A stretch of 64,000 bases of DNA, taken from NCBI GenBank assembly GCA_963719505.1, contig CAVRCF010000002.1, forward strand, positions 32,001 to 96,000, read 5' to 3'. The notes under the pieces are model-generated. The model had not been told where the DNA came from. It did no database searches and saw only the letters and a program-made list of their open reading frames with translations. The number at the start of each line of letters is the position of its first letter. The stretch's first letter is position 1. This DNA comes from Halobacteriovoraceae bacterium. GTDB taxonomy: Bacteria; Bdellovibrionota; Bacteriovoracia; Bacteriovoracales; Bacteriovoracaceae. The position numbers were made by a program, and so were the translations under genes. This document shows, piece after piece, positions 47,351 through 63,409 of this stretch.

Positions 47351-49774
47351 GTGTTAATTTCACTCAATTGGATAAAAGAATTTGTAAATCTTCCCTCGCG
47401 TAGCCCTGATGATCTGGCCAACGATTTTACGATGACTACGGCAGAGGTTGAAGAGGTTAGTTCAACCTTTCAACATTTAAAAGCGATCAAAGTGGCCCAG
47501 ATTAAATCAATGCGCGCTCACCCTGAAGCGGATAAGCTAAATCTTGTGACCATCGATTTTGGCGAAAGCGAAAAGGAAGTCGTCTGTGGTGCTGGAAATG
47601 TGCGAGTAGGATTAAAAATTCCCTACGCTCCTCTTGGAGTAACTCTTCCAAATGGTCTGACCTTAGAACCAAAAAAGATTAGAGGTATTCTCTCTGAGGG
47701 TATGCTTTGTTCTGCCGATGAGTTAGGCCATGGTGAAAAGACAGATGGTCTTCTCGAGCTAGACGATGAAGCAAAAATTGGGACTCCTATGTTGGAGTAC
47801 TTTGGACTTGAGGCAGATACTATCATCGATGTCGATAATAAATCATTAACACACAGGCCTGACCTTTGGGGACATTACGGACTGGCCCGGGAGTTTTCTG
47901 CTCGCTATGAAACGGAGTTAAAAAATCCTTTCAATAGCGATTGGGCCCATAAGCTTGAGGCAAATTTCAACGCCGAAGAGAGTCCCATTAAACCAAAAGT
48001 TGATTCGGACTCCTGCTGTCTTGCCTATTACGGGTTGAGCCTAGATGGCGTTACAGTAACTGATTCCCCAGACTGGATGAAGGCAAAACTTGAGGCCGTG
48101 GGACTTCGGTCAATTAATAATATCGTGGATATTTCAAACTACGTGATGATGGAACTTGGAATGCCTTTGCATATTTTTGACAGAGAGACCATTAAAGACA
48201 ATACCATTCATATCCAAAGAGCAAAAGCTGGATCTACTTTTGTGACATTAGATGAAGTTGAAAGAAAGTTAGAAGAAAAAGATACAGTTATTTGCGACAG
48301 TGAAAAACCGCTTGTTCTAGCCGGGATAATGGGGGGACTCAATTCTGGAGTTTCTAATAAAACGACCAAGGTTTTTATTGAAGTTGCCAATTGGAAAGCT
48401 GAAGAAGTAAGAACGACTTCAACTCGCCTAGGACTTAGAACGGACTCTTCTGCAAGATATGAAAAGTCTCTGGATAGCCTTCAGTGTTATAAAACACTTC
48501 TGAGAACTTTGGATTTAGTTAAGCAGTTGTGTCCGGAAGTTAAAGTGATAGGAAAGCCGCAATACGATGGTGTTGACTTATCTACGATTAAAAATCTTGT
48601 TATTAAAACGAGTGCGACAAAGATTAATAAGACCTTAGGCCATGAAGTTTCAATTGATAAACTCAAATCAATTTTTTCTCATTTAGAATTCGAAGTGAAA
48701 GAAAACGGTGGCGATTTTGAACTCACAATCCCATCATTTAGAACGACGAAAGATATCGAATTAGAAGCCGATATTATTGAAGAGGTTGGAAGAATTATCG
48801 GTTATGACAATATAGAGCCTGTGAGTCCAATGACGGGTATTAAGTCGACACGATTTACTCCTGCGAAAACTCTTCACCGAAAAATTCAAGACTATTTAAC
48901 TCTTCAAGGAAAGTCTTTGGAGGTTATGACTTATCCTATGATAGGAGAGAAACTTTTGGACAAAGCAAAGTGGAGTCAAATGAATGAAGAGCTTGTTCTA
49001 GTGAACTCTCTATCGAAAGATGCAGATCGCATGCGACCAAGTCTTATACCGCATGCCCTCAATACTGCAGCTATAAATGCAAAACAATTTAATTCATTTT
49101 CTTTTTTCGAAATTGGGCGCGCTTATCTTCCTGATGCAAAAAATTTCTCTACAGAGAGACATCAAATTCTCATTGGTGTCTATGATAAAAAAGAAACTCC
49201 TTTCTTAAAGCTTTTAAATACAGTTGAAGGACTGATGGAATATTTAAATATCTCATTTGATTTCTCTACTGATTCAGGAAAGTTTGAAAACTTAGTTATT
49301 CCAAAGCAGTGGGAAGGAACTCATCCTCATGAATATATCAATATGAGAATTCAAGGAAAGTTCCTAGGAGCGTGTACTACTATTCACCCTCTCATGCTTA
49401 GAAACTTTAAAGCTAAAGGCTTCTTTTCTATCGCCGTGATAGATATTGCCGACCTTGAAAATAGAGAGCAAAAAGATAAAACTATGTACGCTCCTATTTC
49501 AAAGTTTCCAGGGTCAAAGTTTGACTGCACTGTCGTCGTAGAAAACAATGTTTCGGCATCTGAAGTCTTAGAGGCTTTAAAGAAAACGAAGATCAAGGAA
49601 CTAACTGAGAAAAAAATTGTTGATGTTTATCCTCTCGAGCTGGGCAAGCGTGCTATCACTATCTCTGTGACTTTCGAAGATGCTAGTAAAACGCTTGAAG
49701 CGGACTTTCTAAAGGCGTCAGAAAATAAGATAGTTTCGACTTTAGAGGGAGCTGGATTCCCGCTAAAAGCATAG
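47351..49774 (+). CDS. pheT: Phenylalanine--tRNA ligase beta subunit
   Basis: HPEADKL, VVCGA.N, SEGMLCS, HRPDL, VDISNYVM.E.G.PLH.FD and DIIEEVGR..GY motifs. Confidence 0.98.
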   Translation: MLISLNWIKEFVNLPSRSPDDLANDFTMTTAEVEEVSSTFQHLKAIKVAQIKSMRAHPEADKLNLVTIDFGESEKEVVCGAGNVRVGLKIPYAPLGVTLPNGLTLEPKKIRGILSEGMLCSADELGHGEKTDGLLELDDEAKIGTPMLEYFGLEADTIIDVDNKSLTHRPDLWGHYGLAREFSARYETELKNPFNSDWAHKLEANFNAEESPIKPKVDSDSCCLAYYGLSLDGVTVTDSPDWMKAKLEAVGLRSINNIVDISNYVMMELGMPLHIFDRETIKDNTIHIQRAKAGSTFVTLDEVERKLEEKDTVICDSEKPLVLAGIMGGLNSGVSNKTTKVFIEVANWKAEEVRTTSTRLGLRTDSSARYEKSLDSLQCYKTLLRTLDLVKQLCPEVKVIGKPQYDGVDLSTIKNLVIKTSATKINKTLGHEVSIDKLKSIFSHLEFEVKENGGDFELTIPSFRTTKDIELEADIIEEVGRIIGYDNIEPVSPMTGIKSTRFTPAKTLHRKIQDYLTLQGKSLEVMTYPMIGEKLLDKAKWSQMNEELVLVNSLSKDADRMRPSLIPHALNTAAINAKQFNSFSFFEIGRAYLPDAKNFSTERHQILIGVYDKKETPFLKLLNTVEGLMEYLNISFDFSTDSGKFENLVIPKQWEGTHPHEYINMRIQGKFLGACTTIHPLMLRNFKAKGFFSIAVIDIADLENREQKDKTMYAPISKFPGSKFDCTVVVENNVSASEVLEALKKTKIKELTEKKIVDVYPLELGKRAITISVTFEDASKTLEADFLKASENKIVSTLEGAGFPLKA

Positions 49775-49800
49775 CGTTAAATGTTTATAAAAACTTAATG

Positions 49801-49871
49801 AAAAAAAAGTGAAAAAAAATATAAATAAAATGAGAAAAAGTGTTGACGGAGTTGTAAGAGGAATATAGTAT
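49801..49871 (+). promoter_or_regulatory. rRNA operon sigma70 promoter with UP element
   Basis: TTGACG(49843)-N17-TAGTAT(49866) with A-tracts upstream. boxA-like TCTTTGACA near 49951 and again in the ITS near 51840. Confidence 0.8.
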
Positions 49872-50153
49872 CCATGAACACTTTAAGACAAACGCAAGCA
49901 ACAAACAGCACATAGCTGCTGATTGGAAGTTTGCTGACTTAATTTTATGATCTTTGACATTTGAATAATGAAATAAGTTTTGAATCCCTCGGGATTCGAA
50001 AATAGACGAGAAAGAACCAAATTAATAGTTCTAGACAGATGAATTGATATAAAGACTTCGGTTTTTATTCTGTCGGCAACCATTATAATGATGAGTTGTT
50101 CTATCAAGCCACAAAACGAACATGAGTTAATTTATTAAATAATTTAAGTTTTA

Positions 50154-51697
<1,544 letters not shown>

Positions 51698-51926
51698 TTA
51701 AGGATATAAATTATCCAGGTCAATACTATTAAACATTTTGGTTCTTTCTCCTCTCTATTTTCTTTATATTTTTAATATAAAAAATTTCTATAAAATTAAT
51801 TACAATCTTCAATTAACTTGGAGTTTTTAATAATCTTATTCTTTGACAATTACATAACAGGATCAGATAGAAGACGAGAACATAGTAAATTAACGATACA
51901 TTTTCGAATGTATCGCCCAAAAAACT

Positions 51927-54853
<2,927 letters not shown>

Positions 54854-54984
54854 TTTAATGTTTTTTGGGAATGTTAATTTACTATGTTTGAATCTTTTAT
54901 CTGATTTTGTTTTGTAATTGCAAAAGCGACGTAGCTGTCGTAAAAGAGCTAAGTTAAAAATATTGCTTAAATTGTTATACGATT

Positions 54985-55101
54985 TGGGTGTGTTTATAGC
55001 GCAGGGGAAACACCTAGTTACATCTCGAACCTAGAAGTTAAGTCCTGTTGCGGCGAAAGTAGTGCATGGGCGACTGTGTGTGAGGTTAGCAAAATGCACC
55101 C
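54985..55101 (+). rRNA. rrf: 5S rRNA
   Basis: Terminal stem GGGTGTGTTT / AAATGCACCC, ACACC...CGAAC...GAAGTTAAG, position after the 23S. Confidence 0.9.
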
Positions 55102-55131
55102 TTTAATTTTTCTCTTCGGGGAAAGATATAT

Positions 55132-55161
55132 AAAGAGGATCTTCGGATCCTCTTTTTTTTT
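55132..55161 (+). terminator. rrn terminator
   Basis: AAAGAGGATC-TTCG-GATCCTCTTT plus T-run. Confidence 0.9.
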
Positions 55162-55256
55162 GTCTTTTTTGAACTGTCTTTGAGTAGTTAATTGCAAATA
55201 AAGTTGTATCAACAAAATTTCTCGACAGAGCAAGATGACTTAAGGAAAATATTTAA

Positions 55257-57092
55257 ATGTACAAATCAGATTACTTACTACTTTTTAAAAGACTCTTTTT
55301 GTCCTTCTCTTTGTTTTTCTTTTATAGAGTATTATTCTACCTTTTCAATTTAAGCTACTTTGGGAATATAGCATTTTCGAAAATTGTTTTAGCTTTCCTC
55401 TATGGTCTACGCTTCGATCTTGCAACAGTAGCAATTGCGAATGCAATTTTCATCATACTTTCTATCATTCCTCTACGCTTTCCTTTGTACAAGAAATTGA
55501 TAAAGTTCATTTTTGTCGTTTTTAATACTGCTTTTTTGGCTGCCGTTGTGGTGGATATTGAATTTTTTACTTTTCTAGGTAAAAAGATGACTTTTGATTT
55601 CTTCGATATGGGCGGAGATATTAAGGATCAACTCCCACAGATCATGAAGAATTATTGGTATTTTACTCTTTTGGTCATTCTAAATTTATTTGTTCTCTTT
55701 AAGTTTTATCCAAAAAAGAAAGAAGACTTTTTCACAAGTAGAAAATTAAGTCTTTTTAAAACTCTTCCTTTAGCTTTTTTTATTTTAGTTGTGACAGCTA
55801 TAACTATTCGTGGAGGTGTCCAGCTTAGAAGCCTCAGTCCAAAAAGCGCATTTATCTTTGAAGAGCACGAACTTGGAAATTTAGTTTTGAATGCTGCGTA
55901 TACGATGACAAGGTCGATTGGAAGTAAAGGGTTAGAGAAAATAGATTATTTTGAAAGTGATAAAAAAGCGCGTGAAGTAATTCTGAGTAGCCGTGGTTTT
56001 AAAAATCAATATGATTCAGGCTTAGAGAATCAAAACCTCGTTATCATAATAGTTGAAAGTCTATCCCAAGAGTACGTCGAAAACGGCTATGCTCCGTTTA
56101 TTAAGGAACTAGCGGAAAAATCTCTCTCCTTTAAACACGCTTTTGCAAACGGAAGAAGGTCGATTGAAGTACTACCTTCAGTAATGGCATCCTTCCCATC
56201 CGTTATCGGCAAGCCAGTTTATCAATCACAATATCAGTCAAATAAATTCTATGCTCTTCCTGAGGTTCTTAAAGATAGTGGTTATTCGACAAGTTTTTTT
56301 CACGGAGGAAAGAGAGGAACAATGGATTTTGATACCTATTGCTCCTCGATAGGTTTCGAAAAATACTACGCTTTGGAGGATTATCCCAATCAAGATCATT
56401 TCGATGGACAGTGGGGTGTCTATGACCACCACTACCTTCAATACTTTGCAAAAGAAGTAGAGAGATTTAAGACTCCATTTTTTTCTACCCTTTTTACCTT
56501 GAGCTCACATCAACCTTATTCAATTCCAAAAGAATTTAAAAATCGTTTTAGGAAAGGGAAATTAGAAATTCATGAAAGCATTGGCTATATTGACGAGAGC
56601 TTAAAACTCTTTTTTGAAGAAAATAAGAGCAAGGCTTGGTTTCAAGATACCTTGTTTGTTATAACTGCGGACCATACTCAAAAACTTGAAGACAATACAT
56701 CTACATTAAAGAGGTACCATGTGCCTTTAATTTTTTATCATCCAAGGATTAATCTCAATGAGATAGAGCCCAGAGATCTTGCTCAGCATACCGATATTAT
56801 GCCAAGCGTTCTCGATTTTCTAAATATTACGCCAAAAACAAGCCTTCTGTTTGGCTCAAGTGTTTTTTCAAATGAAAAGGGAAGGGTTTTTAACTATAGT
56901 AGTGGTAGCTATTTTTACGTTAAAGATAAAAAATTAGTATGGTTCGATAAAGAAAAATCGAAGGTTTTACTCTTAGATGAAAACTTTTCAGAGGTTGGAG
57001 CTGGTGGGGATGAGTCTGATACCTTAGATGAGCTAAAGGCATACATTCAATATGTAAATAATGGCTTAAAATCTAATAATATATATGAATAA
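55257..57092 (+). CDS. LTA-synthase-family / sulfatase-like membrane protein
   Basis: About five N-terminal TM helices, GLRFD, RGG.Q, VESL, SSHQPY, TADH and DIMPS motifs. Confidence 0.9.
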   Translation: MYKSDYLLLFKRLFLSFSLFFFYRVLFYLFNLSYFGNIAFSKIVLAFLYGLRFDLATVAIANAIFIILSIIPLRFPLYKKLIKFIFVVFNTAFLAAVVVDIEFFTFLGKKMTFDFFDMGGDIKDQLPQIMKNYWYFTLLVILNLFVLFKFYPKKKEDFFTSRKLSLFKTLPLAFFILVVTAITIRGGVQLRSLSPKSAFIFEEHELGNLVLNAAYTMTRSIGSKGLEKIDYFESDKKAREVILSSRGFKNQYDSGLENQNLVIIIVESLSQEYVENGYAPFIKELAEKSLSFKHAFANGRRSIEVLPSVMASFPSVIGKPVYQSQYQSNKFYALPEVLKDSGYSTSFFHGGKRGTMDFDTYCSSIGFEKYYALEDYPNQDHFDGQWGVYDHHYLQYFAKEVERFKTPFFSTLFTLSSHQPYSIPKEFKNRFRKGKLEIHESIGYIDESLKLFFEENKSKAWFQDTLFVITADHTQKLEDNTSTLKRYHVPLIFYHPRINLNEIEPRDLAQHTDIMPSVLDFLNITPKTSLLFGSSVFSNEKGRVFNYSSGSYFYVKDKKLVWFDKEKSKVLLLDENFSEVGAGGDESDTLDELKAYIQYVNNGLKSNNIYE

Positions 57093-57175
57093 TGCATAGC
57101 TTCCCCCTTTGCCTAATTGAGTTCAAATAGATATTATCAAGACGTAATTTTATAAGAAGTTAAGGCGGTAAATGC

Positions 57176-58797
57176 ATGGATATCATCCAGTCAAAAATAG
57201 ATGTAAATTCAATTGAGTTTAAAGAAAATAGAGAGTTTGCAAACTCTTTATTAGAAACTCTAAGAGAGAGAAATAACTTAGTTAAGCTCGGCGGTGGAGA
57301 GACATCTGTAGCAAAACATAGGAAAAGAAATAAATTTCTTGCAAGAGAGAGAATTGAAAAAATTATTGATGACGGTTCTCCATTTTTAGAGCTTTCTTCT
57401 CTGGCAGGTTTTGAAGTCTATGATATGCATATTCCAAGTGCTGGAGTTGTGACTGGGATAGGTCGTGTCCATGGAGTTGAGTGCATGTTCGTCGCTAATG
57501 ATGCAACTGTTAAGGGCGGAACCTATTTTCCTTTAACGGTTAAAAAACATATTCGAGCTCAAGAAATTGCTATCAAAAATAATCTGCCTTGTATCTACCT
57601 TGTTGATTCGGGGGGAGCATTTTCTACCGATGCAAGATGAAGTCTTTCCTGATCGAGAGCACTTTGGAAGAATCTTTTTTAATCAAGCCCAAATGAGTTC
57701 CAAAGGAATTCCTCAAATAGCCATCGTACTTGGTTCTTGTACCGCGGGTGGAGCATACGTTCCGGCCATGAGTGATGAGACTGTTATCGTAAAAGGAAAT
57801 GGAACAATTTTCTTGGGAGGACCACCTCTTGTAAAAGCTGCAACTGGCGAAGTGGTGAGTTGCTGAAGATCTTGGCGGTGCAAATGTTCACACAAGTGTC
57901 TCTGGTGTGGCTGATCACTTTGCTGAAGATGAACAAGACGCTCTTCATATAACAAGAAATATCATTGAAAATTTAAATTTCAAAGTAAACGATAAAGAGA
58001 AGTTTATCACCGATAGAGTAGAAGATCCTCTTTATCCAGCTGATGAGGTTTATGGAATCGTCTCCAAAGATGCGAGAAAGCCTTTTGATGTTAGAGAAAT
58101 TATTGCAAGACTTGTAGATGGATCAAAGTTTCATGAGTTTAAAGCAAAGTATGGAGACAACTCTTGTTTGTGGATTTGCTAAGATTCATGGTTATAGAGT
58201 GGGAATCGTCGCAAATAATGGAATTCTTTTTTCTGAAAGTTCACTTAAAGGTGCACACTTTATCGAACTTTGTGGTCAGAGAAATATTCCACTTGTTTTC
58301 CTTCAAAATATTACAGGATTTATGGTTGGAAAAAAATATGAGTCAGAAGGAATTGCCAAGCATGGAGCCAAACTTAGTGACAGCCGTAAGTACCGTTTCA
58401 GTCCCCAAGTATACTGTTGTTATCGGGGGCTCTTTTGGAGCTGGAAACTATGGAATGTGCGGGAGAGCTTTTGATCCAAGGTTCTTGTGGATGTGGCCGA
58501 ATGCCAAAATTTCCGTCATGGGAGGACCTCAAGCAGCTGGAGTTTTAACGACAGTCAAGCAAGATGGATTAGGCCCTAAAAGGCAAAAAGCAAATGACTG
58601 AAGAAGAAATAGCTGAATTTGAAAAACCAATTTTAGAAAAATATGAAAAAGAAGGAAGTGCTTATTATAGTACGGCCAGAGTTTGGGATGATGGAATAAT
58701 TGAGCCCCATCAAACGAGAGATATCTTAGGACTTGCTCTTAGTACATCTCACAATCAAAAATACGAAGACACCAAGTTTGGTGTCTTTAGAATGTAG
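57176..58797 (+). CDS. liuB: 3-methylcrotonyl-CoA carboxylase beta (carboxyltransferase) subunit; five single-base frameshifts, probably sequencing errors
   Basis: [45 protein letters not shown] and FGVFRM motifs in order across consecutive frames. Confidence 0.9.
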
Positions 58798-58805
58798 GTT
58801 AGTTT

Positions 58806-59591
58806 ATGGGTTACAAATTTATAGAAAACAACATTGATGAAAGAGGTGTTTCTTATATCACTCTTAATCGCCCTGAGATTCACAACGCCTTCAATGATAA
58901 GCTTATCCAAGAGCTTATAGAAATCTTTATCGCGATCGAAAGTGATGAACAAGTAAGACTTGTTGTTCTAACTGGTAAGGGAAAGTCTTTTTGTGCTGGA
59001 GCGGATCTCAATTGGATGAGTTCTATGATTGAATACTCTATGGAAGAAAATGTAGAGGATTCTAAAAACTTAGCTTTGATGTTTGAAGCTATTAATAGTT
59101 GCAGCAAGCCAATAATTGGAAAAATAAATGGCCATGCCTTGGGTGGTGGAGTCGGAGTTGTAGCCGTTTGTGATTATGTCATCACTCACGATAAGGCTAA
59201 ATTTGGATTCACGGAGACGAGACTAGGTCTTATACCTGCTGTTATCTCACCTTATGTTTTAAATAAAATTGGAGAAAGTCACGCGAGGGCTTGGTTTTTA
59301 TCTGGAGAAATGTTCAAGGGAGATAGAGCCTTACAAATGGGTCTGGTTCATGAGGTCTCAAGCGTTGATGATTTTGAAACGAGATCGGAACAGATCATAA
59401 GCTCTCATCTTCTAGCAGCTCCAAAAGCCGCTAGTTTGGCTAAAGGCTTAATCTTTGATGTTCTCAATATGGATAAAAAAGAAACTCGCGACCATACATG
59501 CAAAGCGATTGCAAAACAAAGAATCTCAAGTGAAGGTCAGATGGGAATGAAAGCTTTATTAGAAAAAAAGAAACCGGGATGGGTTAAATGA
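58806..59591 (+). CDS. liuC: Methylglutaconyl-CoA hydratase (crotonase family)
   Basis: LNRPEIHNAFN, FCAGADLNWM and ETRLGLIPAVISPY motifs; position in the liu cluster. Confidence 0.85.
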   Translation: MGYKFIENNIDERGVSYITLNRPEIHNAFNDKLIQELIEIFIAIESDEQVRLVVLTGKGKSFCAGADLNWMSSMIEYSMEENVEDSKNLALMFEAINSCSKPIIGKINGHALGGGVGVVAVCDYVITHDKAKFGFTETRLGLIPAVISPYVLNKIGESHARAWFLSGEMFKGDRALQMGLVHEVSSVDDFETRSEQIISSHLLAAPKAASLAKGLIFDVLNMDKKETRDHTCKAIAKQRISSEGQMGMKALLEKKKPGWVK

Positions 59592-61067
59592 AAATCAAAA
59601 AAGTATTGATAGCAAATAGAGGTGAGATTGCACTTCGAGTAATAAGAACATGCAATGAGATGGGAGATTGAGACGGTAACTATATACTCTGAGGAGGACA
59701 AAAATCTTCCCCACAGCTATAGCGCTGATGAGTCGTTTTATCTTGGGCAGGGGACACTTGCACAGACTTATTTAAATCAAGAAAAAATAATAGAGATTGC
59801 AAAGAAGACTCAATGTGATGCTATTCACCCGGGATATGGATTTTTATCAGAGAATACAGAATTTTGTAAAAGAGTTATAGACAATAATATTATTTTTATT
59901 GGTCCAAGTGTTTCGGCAATCGAGCTCATGGGTGATAAAAAGACTTCAAAAGATAAAATGGGAGAGATCGGTATTCCCTTGATCCCTGGATATCATGGAG
60001 AAAACCAAGAACCAGATTTTTTAAAAAGTGAAGCTGACAAAATTGGCTATCCTGTGCTTATAAAAGCGACTGCCGGTGGTGGTGGTAAAGGAATGAGAAT
60101 TGTAGAGAGTTCTGAAGAATTTATTGAGTCTCTTGCAAGTGCAAAACGAGAAGCTTTAAATGCTTTTTCAAATGACAAGGTTCTCTTAGAAAAATATATC
60201 ACCAACCCAAGACATATTGAAGTTCAGCTTGTAAGCGATAGCCATGGGAATCATATGCACTTCTTTGAAAGAGAATGCTCAATTCAAAGGCGTTATCAAA
60301 AAGTCGTTGAGGAAACTCCAAGTCCGGCTCTCGATGACGAATTAAGATTAAAGATTTGCGAAAGCGCTGTAAAAATTTCATCTGGTATTAATTACCTGGG
60401 AGCGGGAACAATTGAATATATTCTAGCACCGGACAATAGCTTTTACTTTTTAGAAATGAATACGAGACTTCAGGTTGAACACCCAGTGACAGAAATGGTG
60501 ACAGGCGTTGATTTAGTTCGTTTACAGTTGCTGGCTGCAGCTGGAGAAAAATTTGATTTCAAACAAAGTGATATCAAACAAAAAGGTCATTCTGTTGAAG
60601 TTCGAATTTATGCAGAAGACCCAGACAATGATTTCTTACCAACCATTGGAAAAATAAAAAATATCGGATTCTCTAGTCAAGATAATGTCCGACTTGATTG
60701 TGGGTTTGCTGATAATACACAAATCTCAGTCAATTACGACCCTATGATAGCGAAGCTGATCGTCTGGGATGAGACTCGAGATCAAGCACTTTTAAAAATG
60801 GATAAAGCGATTGATGAGATTAAATTTACCGGAGTGAAAACAAATCGGGACTATTTAAAGCGAGTTTTAAAACATCCAAAGTTTGTTGAAGGGGATGTTC
60901 ATACCCACTTTATTACAGAGTATGCGGGTGACCTAAAGAAAGAAAAATCATCGACACTGATTGAAGCTGCTATGATAGCTGGAGCTTTGTTTTCAGAGAA
61001 CAAGGAGAAAATCTTATCAGGTAAAACTGATGCTTGGAAAGAACTCACAGGATTTAGGAATTTATAA
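59588..61067 (+). CDS. liuD: Biotin carboxylase subunit of methylcrotonyl-CoA carboxylase; one frameshift near 59662
   Basis: The ATG at 59588 gives MKIKKVLIANRGEIA; then HPGYGFLSEN, GGGGKGMR, RECSIQRR and EMNTRLQVEH. Confidence 0.88.
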
Positions 61068-61558
61068 TGAATAAAAAAATATTACTGGCCAATAGTGAAA
61101 TCAATATTGAAGTTTTCAAACTAACCAATAGTGAAATAAAGTTCAAACATAAAGGAGAGCTGTTTCATGCTTCTCTATTAAAGAGAAACAATGATGAAAT
61201 GGCTTTATCGATAAATGGTCAAGAGCTTAAAGTTAGTGTTACAGATTTCGAAAACAAAGGTGTGAAACAAGTTTTTGCTGAGGGGTTCGAGGAGTACTTA
61301 AAACTTATTCCAAAAGCAATTGGATCTTCAAGTAAGGGAGCAGCGGCAGGAAGCTTAGAAAGCCCAATGCCGGGGAAGATCTTCAAGGTTCTTAAAAAAG
61401 TTGGAGATAAAGTTAAAATTGGTGAGACTATTCTCATTCTTGAAGCCATGAAAATGGAGCACACGATAAAAGCGACAAAAGATGGACAGGTGGATGAGAT
61501 TTTCTTTAAAGAAGGAGAACAAGTTACAGGTGGCGCTGTACTTTGTGCAATAGAATAG
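61067..61558 (+). CDS. Biotin carboxyl carrier subunit (separately encoded)
   Basis: SPMPGKI and EAMKME biotinylation motif; TAATG coupling with the upstream gene. Confidence 0.9.
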   Translation: MNKKILLANSEINIEVFKLTNSEIKFKHKGELFHASLLKRNNDEMALSINGQELKVSVTDFENKGVKQVFAEGFEEYLKLIPKAIGSSSKGAAAGSLESPMPGKIFKVLKKVGDKVKIGETILILEAMKMEHTIKATKDGQVDEIFFKEGEQVTGGAVLCAIE

Positions 61559-62476
61559 ATGTTTAAAAACCTACCAAAGTCAGTAAAGATTGTTGAAGTG
61601 GGGCCAAGAGATGGGCTTCAAAATGAAAAGATTGTTATCTCCACTGACGATAAGCTCACCTATATAAAAAAACTTCTAGAAACAGGTTTAAAAGCCGTTG
61701 AGATTACATCTTTTGTGAGTCCCAAAGCTATCCCTCAAATGGGTGATTCGTCTGAATTATACAAAAAGGTAAAAGAGCTCAAGGTTTTGAATATAGATAT
61801 GCCTTGCTTGGTTCCAAATTTAAAAGGCTTTGAAAATGCTCTTAAACTTGGCGTTGAAGAAATCGCTCTTTTCACGGCTACAAGTTCAGAGTTTACCAAG
61901 AGAAATATAAACGCCACAGTTGATGAAAGCTTTCAGAAAATGGAAGAGATTAATTGCCTGGCGAAGAAGCATAAGATGAAGGTTCGAGGGTATATTTCAA
62001 CGGCATTTGGCTGTCCCTATAAAGGGCATATGGATGCAAAAAGCTTAGTCGAAGTGGTCAAACGCTTTAAGTCTTTTGATCTCGATGAGCTGTCTATTGG
62101 AGATACAATTGGGGTCGCGACTCCATCTCAGGTTGACCAATACCTAAAAGAAGTTGTGAACATTTATGATCGTAATAGGTTGGCGATGCATTTTCATGAC
62201 ACCAGAGGAATGGCCTTGGCCAATATCCTTGTTTCACTCGAGCATCAGATCTCAATTTTTGATGCCTCAAGCGGAGGCCTTGGTGGATGTCCTTATGCAA
62301 AAGGAGCAACTGGGAATGTTGCGACGGAAGATCTTATTTATCTGTTCAACTCTTTAGGAATTTCCCATGGGGTTGACTTTGAAAAGCTTGTTGAAGCCTC
62401 TCAATTTATCTTGGGGATAACGAAAAAAGTTACTCCCTCTAAATATCTCTCAGCCTATTTAAAATCACGCGAATAA
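61559..62476 (+). CDS. liuE: Hydroxymethylglutaryl-CoA lyase
   Basis: EVGPRDGLQNE, HFHDTRG and GLGGCPYAKGATGNVATED motifs. Confidence 0.95.
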   Translation: MFKNLPKSVKIVEVGPRDGLQNEKIVISTDDKLTYIKKLLETGLKAVEITSFVSPKAIPQMGDSSELYKKVKELKVLNIDMPCLVPNLKGFENALKLGVEEIALFTATSSEFTKRNINATVDESFQKMEEINCLAKKHKMKVRGYISTAFGCPYKGHMDAKSLVEVVKRFKSFDLDELSIGDTIGVATPSQVDQYLKEVVNIYDRNRLAMHFHDTRGMALANILVSLEHQISIFDASSGGLGGCPYAKGATGNVATEDLIYLFNSLGISHGVDFEKLVEASQFILGITKKVTPSKYLSAYLKSRE

Positions 62477-62490
62477 TATAAAGGAACATA

Positions 62491-63300
62491 ATGTCTTATC
62501 CGAATCTCACTGAAGTTAATCTTGAACTCATTGATCACAAGTTATGGATCACTCTCAATCGACCAAAATCTAGTAATGCTTTTACTCTCACGATGATTGA
62601 GGAGTTAGTTTCGACCTTGCAAAGAGCAGATGAAGACAATGAAGTTCGCTGTATTATTATTACTGGAGAAGGAAAACATTTCTGCGCTGGTGGCGATATA
62701 AAAAACATGCTTGCGAAAAAAGAAATGTTTGAGGGCGAAGCGAACGAATTAAGACAAAAATATAAAAAGGGGATTCAGAGAATTCCAAAAGCGATGGATG
62801 AGCTAACCACTCCTGTTATCGCCATGATTAACGGAGCGGCTATAGGAGCAGGCCTTGATATCGCTTGCATGTCAGATATTAGAATCGCTTCTTCAAATGC
62901 AAAGTTTGGAGAAACATTTACAAAAATTGGTTTGGTACCAGGAGATGGTGGGACATATTTTCTTCAACGAATTGTGGGCTTTGCTAGGGCAATGGAGCTG
63001 ACTCTAACTGCAGAGGTCATCAACTCAGAAGAAGCGAAATCAATCGGTCTGGTCAGCTCAGTGTGTGACAGAGAACAATTAAAAGAGAAAACAAATTTAA
63101 TAGCTGATAAAATTATTTCAAATGCCCCTATTGCGATTCAGATGGCAAAAAGGGCGATTAAACATGCCTATAGATCTGACCTATCTTCAAACCTAGAACT
63201 ACTTTCGGCTTACCAAGGGATCACTCAAAGAACGTCGGACCACTTTGAAGCTCTAGAATCTGCACAGAATAAAACAGTCGGACAATTCAAGCATAACTAA
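62491..63300 (+). CDS. Enoyl-CoA hydratase/isomerase family protein
   Basis: LNRP..NA, FCAGGD, GAAIGAG and F.KIGLVPGDGG motifs. Confidence 0.9.
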   Translation: MSYPNLTEVNLELIDHKLWITLNRPKSSNAFTLTMIEELVSTLQRADEDNEVRCIIITGEGKHFCAGGDIKNMLAKKEMFEGEANELRQKYKKGIQRIPKAMDELTTPVIAMINGAAIGAGLDIACMSDIRIASSNAKFGETFTKIGLVPGDGGTYFLQRIVGFARAMELTLTAEVINSEEAKSIGLVSSVCDREQLKEKTNLIADKIISNAPIAIQMAKRAIKHAYRSDLSSNLELLSAYQGITQRTSDHFEALESAQNKTVGQFKHN

Positions 63301-63409
63301 TTAATTTTTTATTAATAAAAAAATTAAGATGATAAATGAGGATATTTTTTTTGACAGACAAATAACTCATCGTCACAATAGTTATATAGAATCTTTTTTA
63401 GGAAGTGCC

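Noticed and set aside
57176-58797. liuB as a true pseudogene or programmed frameshift gene
   Set aside because: All breaks are isolated +1 indels without other decay or consistent slippery motifs; better explained as sequencing error.
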